40,275 nucleotides of DNA from positions 29,966,672 through 30,006,946 of the forward strand of contig NC_068992.1 in the NCBI RefSeq assembly GCF_001194135.2, in the 5' to 3' direction. The notes under the pieces are model-generated. The model had not been told where the DNA came from. It did not search any database and saw only the letters and a program-made list of their open reading frames with translations. The DNA is from Octopus bimaculoides. Taxonomy: Eukaryota. A program made the position numbers and the translations under genes. Shown here one piece after another: positions 1 through 11,152 of this stretch; within the stretch, counting starts at the first letter, position 1; every line of letters begins with the position of its first letter.

Positions 1-40
<40 letters not shown>

Positions 41-289
41 TACACATGCACATGCACATCTATGTACCCACATATATGTTCACCTAAGTATCAAGTGTTA
101 GCCAGCCCAATGTCAGCAGGGTATAATTAGTTATCGCTAGCGAAAAGCGGTGTCCTAGTACTAGGTATCTTCTAATATTAGATATATGTATGTAGATAAC
201 AAAATTACATATGCCATAACCTAGCATAAGAATAGTGGTTAACTTAAATATGTATTATTTAAAACATGTGCGGTATCTAGACCTGAGTT

Positions 290-784
290 CTACTTGAATT
301 TAGAGAAAGTACATCCAATTCTGTGAAGGCATGAAACGTTTCTTTCTTTCAAACTATTAATAATCGGGATTTTGGTCCTAATTAGGAAAAAGATTTAATT
401 GATGCATAATAAGCATTTCCTATTTCTGTTATTATATGCAGGTGCGGATGCTAATATTTTCCAGTGCAGGTTAAAGTTGATGCCCTTATCCTTTAGTTCC
501 CATATGTAGTTACTTAATCCGGTAGAATTCCTTCTGTTCCCGTTCCTAAACGTGTAGTTGTGATAATTAAACCTACGTTTCATACTATTTTTAGTCGCAC
601 CCACGTATGCCCTGTTTTCATACTTTGTGTTTACCACACATTGGTATACCACTTCCCTTCTCATGCAGCTATTTCCGAACACGCAGCTTTCCTTTACTCT
701 ACAATTGCGAGTTCTACCTAGGTTCCCATAGTTAGTGTGATTAGTGCTAGTATTTGTTATGCTACTGCCATTTATTGCGTTTCC
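290..784 (-). pseudogene. Penelope-like element (probably Naiad group) GIY-YIG endonuclease remnant with one in-frame stop
   Basis: Translation ...RNCRVKESCVFGNSCMRREVVYQCVV...AYVGATKNSMKRRFNYHNYTF...STGLSNYIWELKDKGINFNLHWKIL...KCLLCIN. It reads through a TAA at 395-397 (where the conserved E of CxLCxxE is expected) into IFFLIRTKIPIINSLKERNVSCLHRIGCTFSKFK* (stop 290-292). The VVY/YVG motif and the C-terminal CxLC...N...E...CxH match PLE endonucleases. The 5' end is cut by the gap at 785-794. Confidence 0.88.
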
Positions 785-1063
785 NNNNNNNNNNATATAT
801 ATGTAAGTTTGTGATTGTTTGTGGATATGCGCGCATGTATGAGTACGTACATACATATATGTTTGTGTATGTGTACATGTATGTATACCTGTTCGTGTGA
901 GTTTGTACATATGTAGATGTTGTGAACGCAGGAGGTTTATGTCTAAGTATTGTGAGAATATGGTTACATGTATTTTTTATCTTTATTTTTTTCTCCATCT
1001 ACTAGAGTTACTTCCCTTTTATCTAACAGCTTTTACTTAAGGGTCTTTCATAGCGTCTGTTGC

Positions 1064-1132
1064 CATTAATAATCGACGAGAATGTACAGAAGTTCTTTTC
1101 TCCGACATTCGAAACTCCGAGTACTATAATTA
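1064..1132 (+). ncRNA. Degenerate type I hammerhead ribozyme relic
   Basis: TCGACGA (damaged CUGAnGA), then stem II GAATGT(1080-1085)/ACATTC(1105-1110), GAAAC, near-palindromic stem III ACTCCGAGT, and GTA. Stem I pairing is poor. Confidence 0.45.
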
Positions 1133-1440
1133 CAAGGATAAATGTATATAAGAATTTGTCAAGTAGCCAGCGTGCGTAAACAACCAGTTCAAGAAAAGAA
1201 TTAATACAAAATATATAAATACTTATATAGATTGTATCGTTATATATTATTTAAAATTATACGGAATATATTCAGTACTGAATTATTCCGACTATGCACG
1301 TTTACAGAGATGTGATTTGAGAAACCCGCCTTTTACATGGATACATAAATGTGACCATTTGTATATGCTATGGTGGAAGCGTTTGCTTTTCACTTGGTAT
1401 GTACAAATGTTCATTCTTGTGTGTTTTGATTATGTTTGGA

Positions 1441-1490
1441 CTGATGAATGGAAAGTGTATTATGTACGCTAACCATGAAACCATTAATGA
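1441..1490 (+). ncRNA. Hammerhead-like core relic
   Basis: CTGATGA (1441-1447), stem II ATGG/CCAT, GAAAC (1477-1481), palindromic CATTAATG. No clean GUH triplet or stem I. Confidence 0.35.
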
Positions 1491-2178
1491 TTTGCGACTA
1501 AATCTGTTTTTAAGAGGTCACTTCGAAGTTGCATTGCCCCGCTTTTGGTTGCCGTGTTATATTTATTAAAGTAGTTTCATTTCCTGGTCCCATTACAGCG
1601 TGAGGCATTTACTTGTAATAATAATCCTTAATTTAATTAATGCATATATATATACATACATACATATATATATATATATATTAATATATAATTATTGCAT
1701 ACATACATACACACACACACACACACNNNNNNNNNNNNNNNNNNNNNNNNNNNNNNNNNNNNNNNNNNNNNNNNNNNNNNNNNNNNNNNNNNNNNNNNNN
1801 NNNNNNNNNNNNNNNNNNNNNNNNNNNNNNNNNNNNNNNNNNNNNNNNNNNNNNNNNNNNNNNNNNNNNNNNNNNNNNNNNNNNNNNNNNNNNNNNNNNN
1901 NNNNNNNNNNNNNNNNNNNNNNNNNNNNNNNNNNNNNNNNNNNNNNNNNNNNNNNNNNNNNNNNNNNNNNNNNNNNNNNNNNNNNNNNNNNNNNNNNNNN
2001 NNNNNNNNNNNNNNNNNNNNNNNNNNNNNNNNNNNNNNNNNNNNNNNNNNNNNNNNNNNNNNNNNNNNNNNNNNNNNNNNNNNNNNNNNNNNNNNNNNNN
2101 NNNNNNNNNNNNNNNNNNNNNNNNNNNNNNNNNNNNNNNNNNNNNNNNNNNNNNNNNNNNNNNNNNNNNNNNNNNNNN

Positions 2179-2248
<70 letters not shown>

Positions 2249-2849
2249 AATGAGGATAAATGAGGAATGATAGAAACTTGAAAACACTCAAACTTATAAA
2301 ATATTTTTTGGCTATTACTTTCAGTACTACAAGAAAGCCGTGTCACGCAATCTAAGTTTTATTCTTGGTAAGCATACATTTTGTTAAGACGTAGTCAGGA
2401 AATAACCTTATACCACCTAATGTATTCTGATAAGGTTTTCTAATAAACCTACACACTGTGTTGTGCAACAATGAGGCATATGCGTTGTGTGAAGGATGAT
2501 GTATATTTTACTACTAAATGTACTGACTGCTTTCTTTCATAGGACAGAAAATGACAGAGAAAAGGCAAAAATAAGATTAAACATTAACATTTTAAATTGT
2601 ATAGTACGAAATTCATGATAACAGAAATTAGTGTTTGCCAATATGTGGTTTATCACCGTTATCAGCTAACGCCATAATCTTAAAATAAACTTATTGTTTA
2701 TCTTTTTGAACAGTTTGTTTTTTTTCTGACAGTTTTATGCGGGAGGAAATTTCTTACTTTTCTTTTTCTTATCAAGGCATTCAGTAACACCGTTTTAGCT
2801 TAGTTTTTAGCGTTTACATAATTCTATTATCTCTCCTTTCTCCGCACAA

Positions 2850-3450
2850 CTATCAATCATTTCATCTTCCCTTCTCTTCTATTTGTTAGTTTCCGTGTGG
2901 ACTGAGTAAAATGCCTTTTGTATTGCTCGTGTCGTGTAATTATTTTATTAGCTTTTACCTTAATCTTCTCTATTGTGGTCGTATACTCATAATTTAAAAA
3001 TATTTTCTATTTATATGATGCATATATTTCCCTTAATCCTGCTAAATTTAAATCTGCTATTTTGTTTGGATTAATTTTAATATAGTCATTTTTTTTTTCA
3101 TTTACTTGAGAAATCATGCTATTTGATTTATCGTCCATTTGAGGATATAACTATAACTTATCAAGCCAGTTGCTGTATACATTATTTGTTTTGCATTAAA
3201 CTCTGTAATACTATTTAATATAATTCATCTATAATATTTCCTTCTTTCTCGGTATAGCTCGTTGATATTAATTATTTGCGAATTTGGGGTTGATGCAAAT
3301 CTCTTGTTTCAGTCTCTGTTTTATTTTGTAAATGTTTCTGATTCAAGTTTTCCTAAGGTTATTCTTAGCTAATCCTAATCTCATATAAGTTTCTGTAGAA
3401 AATTCGGGTAATCCTTGCTGTAGTGCCTTATCTGAGTATTCCAACTGATT
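2850..3450 (-). mobile_element. Highly decayed non-LTR retrotransposon RT C-terminal fragment (R4/Dong-like)
   Basis: Frameshifted minus-strand pieces FSTETYMRLGLA (resembles ETYKYLG) and TATGLISYSYILKWTINQIA (resembles the R4/Dong thumb xYSFGxxKWT). Many stops. Confidence 0.4.
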
Positions 3451-4350
3451 TTTATATATAAATAATAAATGATTGCACTTTGTTAGTATCTGTATCCGAA
3501 TTCAATCTGGTTTAATATGTTGTTTAAAAATTGTAGCAACATATAGAAAGACAGTGAGAGAGAGAGACAGAGAAAGAGAGAGAGAGAGTTAAAGGGAGAC
3601 TAAATGCATTCGATTTAACTTGTTCTAATGGAGTTAGTACGAATGGTAAATCTGTTAAAATGAACGAATGGGTAAATCTGTTAAAAGCCTCTTTAGAAGT
3701 CAATACACGTCATATTAAATACCTATTTACTCATGCTCCGTCTTCAATAATTTCAAGCCGTTTCAGATACAGCGCTTCATCTGCTTTACTGAAAACAAGT
3801 TAATTCCTCCGGTGGTTATTTGATCTCTGCAATCCGTTTCAAGACTAAAATTGTCTGTATTCCAGTTACCTATTGTGATATTTTCTCTCATACTGCCAAT
3901 GTCTTATTAAACATCTTTATAAACATCTTATGAGTTATTTTAAAGCATTTTAAACAGAAGTTTGGAACTTGTTCATATTCTGATGCCTGTCAGCTGTTTT
4001 TAGATATATGTAATTATTACACACCTTTAGCAAATTACCCATTTCAAAATTTACACGTCATACGACATATCTATCGTAGATGAAAAGTAGGATTGCTGGC
4101 TTCATTGGCACTAGCAGCGACGTCAACTAACACGTCTCCAACCATTTCAAAGATTCTCATAGAGAGAGCTCCGAGTAAGGATACTTACACATCTACAAAA
4201 ATATAAATGAAAACAGATTATTCTCCAAAACGCTAAAATAACATGGCATTAACAAGCTCCTAGAAAATGATAAGGAACGAAGGTTGTATATAAGACAGAA
4301 CTCATTTGTTGGAGAAATATATTTAGGGAAGGCAAGGCAGAATGTAGGAA

Positions 4351-5320
4351 ATGTCTAGTTTATCAAAAGTGCTCTGGAAACTTATATTCACCCGAAGGAA
4401 AGGAATGACATCTGCTCCTTGGACTCGGAAATGCCATATAGAAGTGAATGATTCTATATGCCTGGTTTTGGAGACCGAAGACGACACAATAAAATGCCAC
4501 CATCCACATTTCTATTCAAAAGGATCGGGACTCTTTGTCGCAGCTTTCACAAAAAACAAAAAAACACGACTGATATGTGGTAAGTGCATACAGAATCAGA
4601 AACAAAATGGGATCCACTGCGTTGTAGGAACGGAAAATGTGCACATCACAATAGGAAGTTAAAATAAGTTTACCTGTCTGAGGTTCAGTATGGTGGGTTG
4701 AGATGCCAGGATTGAAAAAGCACTAACACATAAATTTGTGGACTACAGCAAAGGCACTAGTAACAAAAGCTACAGTTCGTGGTTACTGCTATCTCTGTTT
4801 ACAGTGTTACGCCAATTACATCTCGCGGAATGATGTATGTGCCACCACCAAGAGTACCTGATAATTGAGGAGTGAAGTGAGATCGCCTCCTCCAGCCCAA
4901 CACTAGCAAAAATCTGTGAAATAGGACCGTCTGTCCGTATACACATGATGTTAGAATGTTACTTATAGCAAAATGAGGATGAAGAAAATGTGAGATAAAA
5001 GAGCAAAAATAAAAACAAAAGGTTAGAATCTCTCTCATATATCAGCCCAGGCACAGGAAATGCTCGAGATAATCTTCAATGATCCAACACGTGAGTCAAA
5101 ACGTAATGTATCTGAAGACGGATCTAGTAAAAAATGCATGATGTCAATTGAGGTGGATTTGTTCGACGAATGGTACGAATGCATAGAAAAAAATTTTGGC
5201 AAAACACACACCAGAATCAACCAACATCTGAAGGATATACCTAGAGCATATTGAAAAATTACATGATTCGGCGAAGCCCAAAATTGCAGAGGCATTTTCG
5301 GAAGATCATAATTAAAACAA
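4351..5320 (+). other. Unidentified coding-like island with canonical-looking splice sites (possible decayed or lineage-specific exons)
   Basis: Complex non-microsatellite ORFs 4351-4662 and 5060-5254. Donor TGTG|GTAAGT at 4580, acceptor CTGCTATCTCTGTTTACAG| ending 4804, acceptor CTCTCTCATATATCAG| ending 5045. Splicing by eye does not give a continuous ORF and I recognise no protein family. Confidence 0.2.
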
Positions 5321-5490
5321 AGGGTAGTCACATTTGCTCTGCGCTTAGATCGTATCTAATAAGTCTTACAGAAATCGTATTTTGAAGTATCGTTTTTTTT
5401 TTTTTCTCCCAAAAACTTCCATTACACATTCTGACAAAGGGCTTTTTTAATAATTGTATCTAAATTTCCGAATGAATAATTTTAATGAAA

Positions 5491-5716
5491 ATAACAACAA
5501 GAACAACAGCAACAATAATACCCACTGAATCCACCACTAACACTACTACTACTGACAACAACAACAACAACAACAATAATAATAATAATAATCGTTCATG
5601 TTATGCAAGTAAATATACATTCATTCATTGCAAAATCAGTCTTACAATTTTCTGAACAATTTTGGATGACTAGTTTTGCGTTGAATGTATGGGAGTTTGT
5701 GGCCAATAAAGACATT

Positions 5717-5748
<32 letters not shown>

Positions 5749-5880
5749 CATCATCATCATCGTCATCGTCGTCGTCGTCACCGTTGTTGTCGTCATCCTC
5801 ATCATCACCGTCGTTGTCGTCGTCATCATCATCATAATCATCTTCGTTATTATGATTATCATCATTATTAATTGCTATTA
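5491..5880. repeat. Compound trinucleotide tracts (AAC/ACT/AAT)n and (ATC/GTC/GTT)n
   Basis: Directly visible. These tracts generate the poly-I/V/M/T ORFs 5596-5881. Confidence 0.95.
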
Positions 5881-6137
5881 ATAATTATTTTACAAAACGC
5901 TATATCGTTCATTATGGAAGTATTGGCGTAGTATTTCGGTCATCGAATTATTAATCTATTTAAGGGAAATAACTATTTTGGAGAAAATATTAATATCACA
6001 AAGACAAAGTCAATATGAAAATACACAAAATCTATACACGGATGAGATAATTCTGTAATACGAAATTAAAGTCAAACTCACAGACATATCAAAACACACT
6101 CGTGCCCGGTTACACACATATAGCAACAGCATATCAC

Positions 6138-6147
6138 AGGCACACAC

Positions 6148-6193
<46 letters not shown>

Positions 6194-6478
6194 ACACACA
6201 CGCACACACATATATACACATTTATAAAAACGTAGACATATATATGTACATACATACGCTCATACACACACACATATATGCATATAATTGGGTTTATGTG
6301 AGCATCTGTGTGTATGTAGTATGTATCCCTTAACGTATTGGCATATAGAAGATGGTGCGCACATATGTTATGTACTTCTATGATGCCTATGAAAGAGAAT
6401 ATAGAGAATATATGTATATATGTGTTTGTACGTGTGTGTGTGTGAATGAGTTTATGTGAATGAGTCTATGTGTGTGTG

Positions 6479-6536
<58 letters not shown>

Positions 6537-7010
6537 NNNNNNNNNNNNNNNNNNNNNNNNNNNNNNNNNNNNNNNNNNNNNNNNNNNNNNNNNNNNNNNN
6601 NNNNNNNNNNNNNNNNNNNNNNNNNNNNNNNNNNNNNNNNNNNNNNNNNNNNNNNNNNNNNNNNNNNNNNNNNNNNNNNNNNNNNNNNNNNNNNNNNNNN
6701 NNNNNNNNNNNNNNNNNNNNNNNNNNNNNNNNNNNNNNNNNNNNNNNNNNNNNNNNNNNNNNNNNNNNNNNNNNNNNNNNNNNNNNNNNNNNNNNNNNNN
6801 NNNNNNNNNNNNNNNNNNNNNNNNNNNNNNNNNNNNNNNNNNNNNNNNNNNNNNNNNNNNNNNNNNNNNNNNNNNNNNNNNNNNNNNNNNNNNNNNNNNN
6901 NNNNNNNNNNNNNNNNNNNNNNNNNNNNNNNNNNNNNNNNNNNNNNNNNNNNNNNNNNNNNNNNNNNNNNNNNNNATATATATATATATATATGTATTTA
7001 TACTTACATA
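6138..7010. repeat. (CA)n and (TA)n microsatellites around an assembly gap
   Basis: Directly visible; N-run 6538-6976. Confidence 0.95.
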
Positions 7011-7679
7011 TACACATGCGTGTATTAATGGTAATGAATGTAGGAAGGTTTTACTTGTGCCACGCAAACTTGCTCATTAGAGAATTACGCTTGTATGCAT
7101 GTATATTTATCGAGTTGTGTACATGTCTAAAATATATCAAACAGCTACATCAACTTGCAAGCATATGAAGATGCGACATAGTAAAAGGCAGTAATGCTCT
7201 ATAGGCAGCGTAGAAATAACCCACAAGCTGGCTGTTTCAAACTACGCAGGCAATTCCTTTTGCAAATTGAAAGAGGAAAGCTGTGTGTGGTTGTATGTCT
7301 ATGCTAGAGAGAGACACAGGGATATAAGTATAGATCATTATATAAAGAAAATTTATTTGATCGAAAGAAGAAACCATTATCGATATGTCTGAATACACTG
7401 GTTATTTTTATAATAAGGTTATCGACAACAGAAACAACCATTTTATAAAGTATCACAGGAGCAATATTTCTATAAAAGCTACATCAACAACAGCAACTGC
7501 AGATACGGTAACAACAACAATATCCATGATAAGAAAATGGAGACGCATTGCAACCGAATAATTACAACATAACCAACAAAGATAGAGGCTAGTACGACAG
7601 TACCAAAAACAATAGCCATACTAACTTAAAACCGTGAAAAACACTAGCATAACAAAAGAAGGCGCTACAGAAACAAACT

Positions 7680-7870
7680 TTTTCTCTATAGTCCATTCTA
7701 ACATATATGCATGCAAAAAAGGCAACTAGTTTACTTTGAATAAAACGAGAAGACCCGTCGTTTAATGTACTGTTATGCAAGCTGCGAGTTTTTTCAATCA
7801 GGCTGGCTCAACTGGAGGAAGGTGTCTGATGTTGAAAAAGCTGAAACCCTCTGAGACACCTAACCCCTCA
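7680..7870 (+). mobile_element. Possible PLE C-terminal fragment followed by a hammerhead-like hairpin
   Basis: SILTYMHAKKATSLL*IKREDPSFN resembles the Penelope/Poseidon EN end (EAxxIKxxxPxLN). It is followed by an 8-bp stem AGGTGTCT(7820-7827)/AGACACCT(7854-7861) enclosing CTGATG...GAAAC. Confidence 0.33.
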
Positions 7871-8103
7871 CTGTTACCAACTCACCGAACAACCGTGAAA
7901 TGTATCTTGGAATCATAATTGGGTCATTCAATAAATAATGGCTTTTTTTTCAGATGTATGGACAAAAAGATGGAGTTGAATGGGAAAAACTACCTGCATC
8001 AACTTGCTATAAAAGCAGATAGTAATTTTCCATTTTTACATATCTTTAGTGCAATCTGCGAAGAGTGTGCTTCGATTTTAACAATTATGTTTTCAAAGCT
8101 ATA

Positions 8104-8935
8104 ATGGAAATGATAAAGGAGCATATTCGGCATGTTTTGCTTTAAGAGTTCAATAAAGGCAACAACGCAACTTAAAGTGTGAGGAATATTAATGCAGTAT
8201 ATGGGGATCGGACAATAAGCACAAGCCAGTGTTAACAGTGGTTCCAGAAATTCGGAAGCGGAAACTATAGCCTAGACTATAGCCTCACCCTGGAAGATCT
8301 GTAGAGCTCGAGGAGGACGTCCTGCAAACCCTGATGGAATAAAATCCCATCGCACCTGTTGAAGAACTTGCAAAGAAGCTTTGATTTTGTCATTCAACAT
8401 TCAGCGACACCTGCATACCATCGGAAAAATCAGAAAATTGGGTCAAACTTTCCAAGTCTAATCCAAGTCTAATTAAGGTGTGCTCTTCTTTACAGTCACG
8501 TCTCATTTTGGCCCGAATAGTGACTGAGCTGCGAGAAATAGGTTCTCTATAAAAATGTCAAGCACCGAAGACAGTGGGTTGCGAAAGGAGAAACACCGGC
8601 ACTTTAGGCTAAAGAAGGTCTTCACCTACGTAAGGTGTTGTTATCTGTTTGACATTTAATCCACTGAAATTTTAAACCCAAACCAAACGATTACAAAGTA
8701 GTTCTACTGCGAAAAGCTTGAGCGGCTTAAGTCAGCGCTAGAAGAAAAACGACCATCATTGATTTCGAAACAAAAGGTTTTCTTCCATCGACCACATATA
8801 TCCAGGATGACAATCCAAAGGTTGGAACAGTTTGAATGCGAAATGATGCCCCACCTATCATATTCGACGGAAATTGCCCCATCTGATTATCATTTATTCC
8901 GTAGTCTTCAAAATCATTTGGACAAAAAAAATAAA
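8104..8935 (+). pseudogene. Decayed mariner (Tc1/mariner, DD34D) transposase
   Basis: MEMIKEHIRHVLL*EFNKGNNAT*SVRNINAVYGDRTIS..WFQKF (HTH); RIVT..EK*VLYKNVKHRRQWV; KVLLSV*; final STEIAPSDYHLFRSLQNHL matching YSPDLAPSDYHLF. Multiple stops and frameshifts; TIRs not recognised. Confidence 0.92.
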
Positions 8936-9264
8936 AAAATTATGGAAATTTAATACATTATATTTTTCGTGACGAAGAGAAAGTTGCAAGAATATTCTCA
9001 TAATTTGCACTATTCGCCTTTCTACAAATGAAGAATGTAGTAAAAAATTGCAAGGAAAAAAAAGCAGAAAAGACTGTGCGCAGTTATTTAAATTATGATG
9101 GAAACTGAAAAGAAAAAAAATAGCATATTATAGAGAGTTAGATCGCGAGTAACTCGTAATGTTTGGAAGATGTTATTAGTTTTCTTTACTGTTTGGGTAT
9201 AAATGCTGTAAGTCTTTCTTCATGCATTTGTATGTTTTCTATGCATATTATAGCATATTTTAGA

Positions 9265-9429
9265 GTACATTATTTACATTATTTATAGTTAACAGATATT
9301 TGTCCTCATCTTGTTTGTTGTTAACACAACGTTTCGGCTGATATACGTTCCAGCCTTCATCAGGTGTCTTGGGGAAATTTCGAACCTGGGTACTCATTCC
9401 TAAGGTATTTTTCGATGTTGTTGTTGTTG

Positions 9430-9482
<53 letters not shown>

Positions 9483-9563
9483 GTTATTATTATTTTTAGT
9501 CAGGTCACTGACTGCAATCGAACTCGGAATCTTGGGGTTAGTAGCCCGCACTCTTAACCTCCG
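9265..9563 (-). mobile_element. Short non-autonomous element, left arm: tRNA-like head + (TAA)n + hammerhead-bearing 3' part
   Basis: Minus strand reads GGTTAAGAGTGCGGGCTACTAACCCCAAGATTCCGAGTTCGATTGC (tRNA-like, B-box GTTCGATT), then (TAA)n/(CAA)n, then ATCGAAAAATACCTTAGG...HHR...AATAATGTAAATAATGTAC. It is the reverse complement of the arm at 9564-9952. Confidence 0.8.
9323..9368 (-). ncRNA. Minimal type I hammerhead ribozyme, apparently intact
   Basis: GACAC-CTGATGA-A-GGCTG(GAACGTATAT)CAGCC-GAAAC-GTT-GTGTT. Stem I GACAC/GTGTT, intact CUGAUGA and GAAA cores, 5-bp stem II, loop-less stem III AC|GT and GUU triplet. This is the minimal PLE-type HHR architecture. Confidence 0.8.
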
Positions 9564-9725
9564 AAATTCCGAGTTCGGTTCCAAGAAGTGACCTGCACAA
9601 TAATAATAGTAATAATAATACAATACAGTAAACATAAGAGCACCACAGCAAACCACAGCACATACCCAAGGTGCACAGAGCTGCGCTCGGTAGTGAAGTG
9701 AAAGCACGTTATAAAAATAAAACTA

Positions 9726-9801
<76 letters not shown>

Positions 9802-9980
9802 TCGAAAAATACCTTAGGAAGGAGAACACAGGTTAGAAATTTCCCCAAGACCCCTGATAAAGGCTGGAGGGTATATCAGCCGAAACGTTGTGTTAATAAC
9901 AAACAAGATGAGGACAAATATCCGTCAAATGTAAATAATGTAAATAATGTACATAATTCATCATCTCTTGAGTATAGAAC
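9564..9980 (+). mobile_element. Short non-autonomous element, right arm (more 5'-truncated, with a 108-bp insert in its TAA tract)
   Basis: Starts AAATTCCGAGTTCGGTTCCAAGAAGTGACCTG (truncated tRNA-like head), then (TAA)n, insert 9621-9728, (TAA)n, and the same HHR-bearing body as the left arm. Confidence 0.8.
9849..9894 (+). ncRNA. Minimal hammerhead ribozyme copy with a core mutation (probably inactive)
   Basis: GACCC-CTGATAA-A-GGCTG(GAGGGTATAT)CAGCC-GAAAC-GTT-GTGTT. CUGAUGA is changed to CUGAUAA and stem I has one mismatch. Confidence 0.7.
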
Positions 9981-10488
9981 TGCGTATTTCAGAGGTGTTT
10001 CTACTGAAATATAGCAGCGTGGCTTTCTGTGTTTTGAGCAGTGTTAGGGTATATGAAGAGATGTTACAAGAGCGTATAAAGCATGCATTGTATAGACTAC
10101 CAAAGAGAAATAAAAGATGGGCAGACTTTGGGATGATTTTGAACATTTTCAGTTTGTCTGATGACATGATAAAGAAAAGAAATACAATGTATACGAACTT
10201 TTCTTGTCTACGTTTGGGATGGGGTGTCACAAAAGTCCCTAAAATATCTGTGATGGGGCGAGCGTTTGGAGTTTCCCAATGTCTGTGCAAATGAAATGCT
10301 GTGCGGCACATCGTTTCTGTCTAAAATGTATATGTATGCATATATATATATATTTGTATATATANNNNNNNNNNNNNNNNNNNNNNNNNNNNNNNNNNNN
10401 NNNNNNNNNNNNNNNNNNNNNNNNNNNNNNNNNNNNNNNNNNNNNNNNNNNNNNNNNNNNNNNNNNNNNATACATACACACATACATA

Positions 10489-10540
<52 letters not shown>

Positions 10541-11063
10541 ATTTACCATCTACGATATAGACAGTTATTAACAGCAGCAACAACAACAACAACAAAAAAG
10601 AGCATTAGTGTTATTATATTACCAACTCCACGTAAAGCAATAATAATGATATAGATATGAACTGTAGTAAGGACAAATAAGAACGAATGCAACCTTTGTA
10701 GTCTACGAGTATGACGTCATCCTTTATTATTGCAATCAACATCGTCTCAAATGTGTTAACGCGTCGGTTGAGTTTAATTTCCCTTCTGCCATTGTTTATA
10801 ACGGACAAGACAGTAAACATTAGGATATACACTCGCACGCATGCGCTCTTTCTGATGCACATATATACTCAAACAGCTGCACTCATATACGTATTCAAGA
10901 AGATATATTCTCACACATGACTATACATGTATACTTACGTGTCGGTGTGTGTTTGTGCTTGAGGTAGTGCGCGTGCGTGCAAGTGTGTGTGTACTTACGT
11001 ATATACAGACGCTTAAACACGCACCCATTCAGGAAAAAATACTCACACATGAGGATATATATG

Positions 11064-11152
<89 letters not shown>

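Noticed and set aside
81-125. Hammerhead-like string downstream of the first PLE (minus: CTGCTGA...GATACTTAGGTG)
   Set aside because: Both cores and the cleavage triplet are mutated and stem II does not close; indistinguishable from chance by eye.
1600-2346. Long ORFs across N-gaps (also 6387-7168, 10208-10595, 17493-18394, 25235-26438, 31868-32805, 38293-39161)
   Set aside because: Made of N-runs plus (CA)n/(TA)n translations (HTHT, CVCV, YIYI); no coding evidence.
3638-3690. Short two-copy tandem repeats (also 8265-8285, 8450-8473, 11825-11850, 17222-17250)
   Set aside because: Ordinary slippage duplications with no spacers; not CRISPR-like.
4185-4215. Minus-strand 4-nt microexon (TTTTGTAG|ATGT|GTAAGT)
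   Set aside because: An acceptor and donor 4 nt apart with no flanking gene model is likely coincidental.
9500-9563. tRNA gene
   Set aside because: The 5' acceptor stem and part of the A-box are missing and the 3' end runs into (TAA)n; it is a SINE head, not a tRNA.
9947-10311. Overlapping 115/116-aa ORFs on both strands
   Set aside because: No recognisable motif or splice support; not called.
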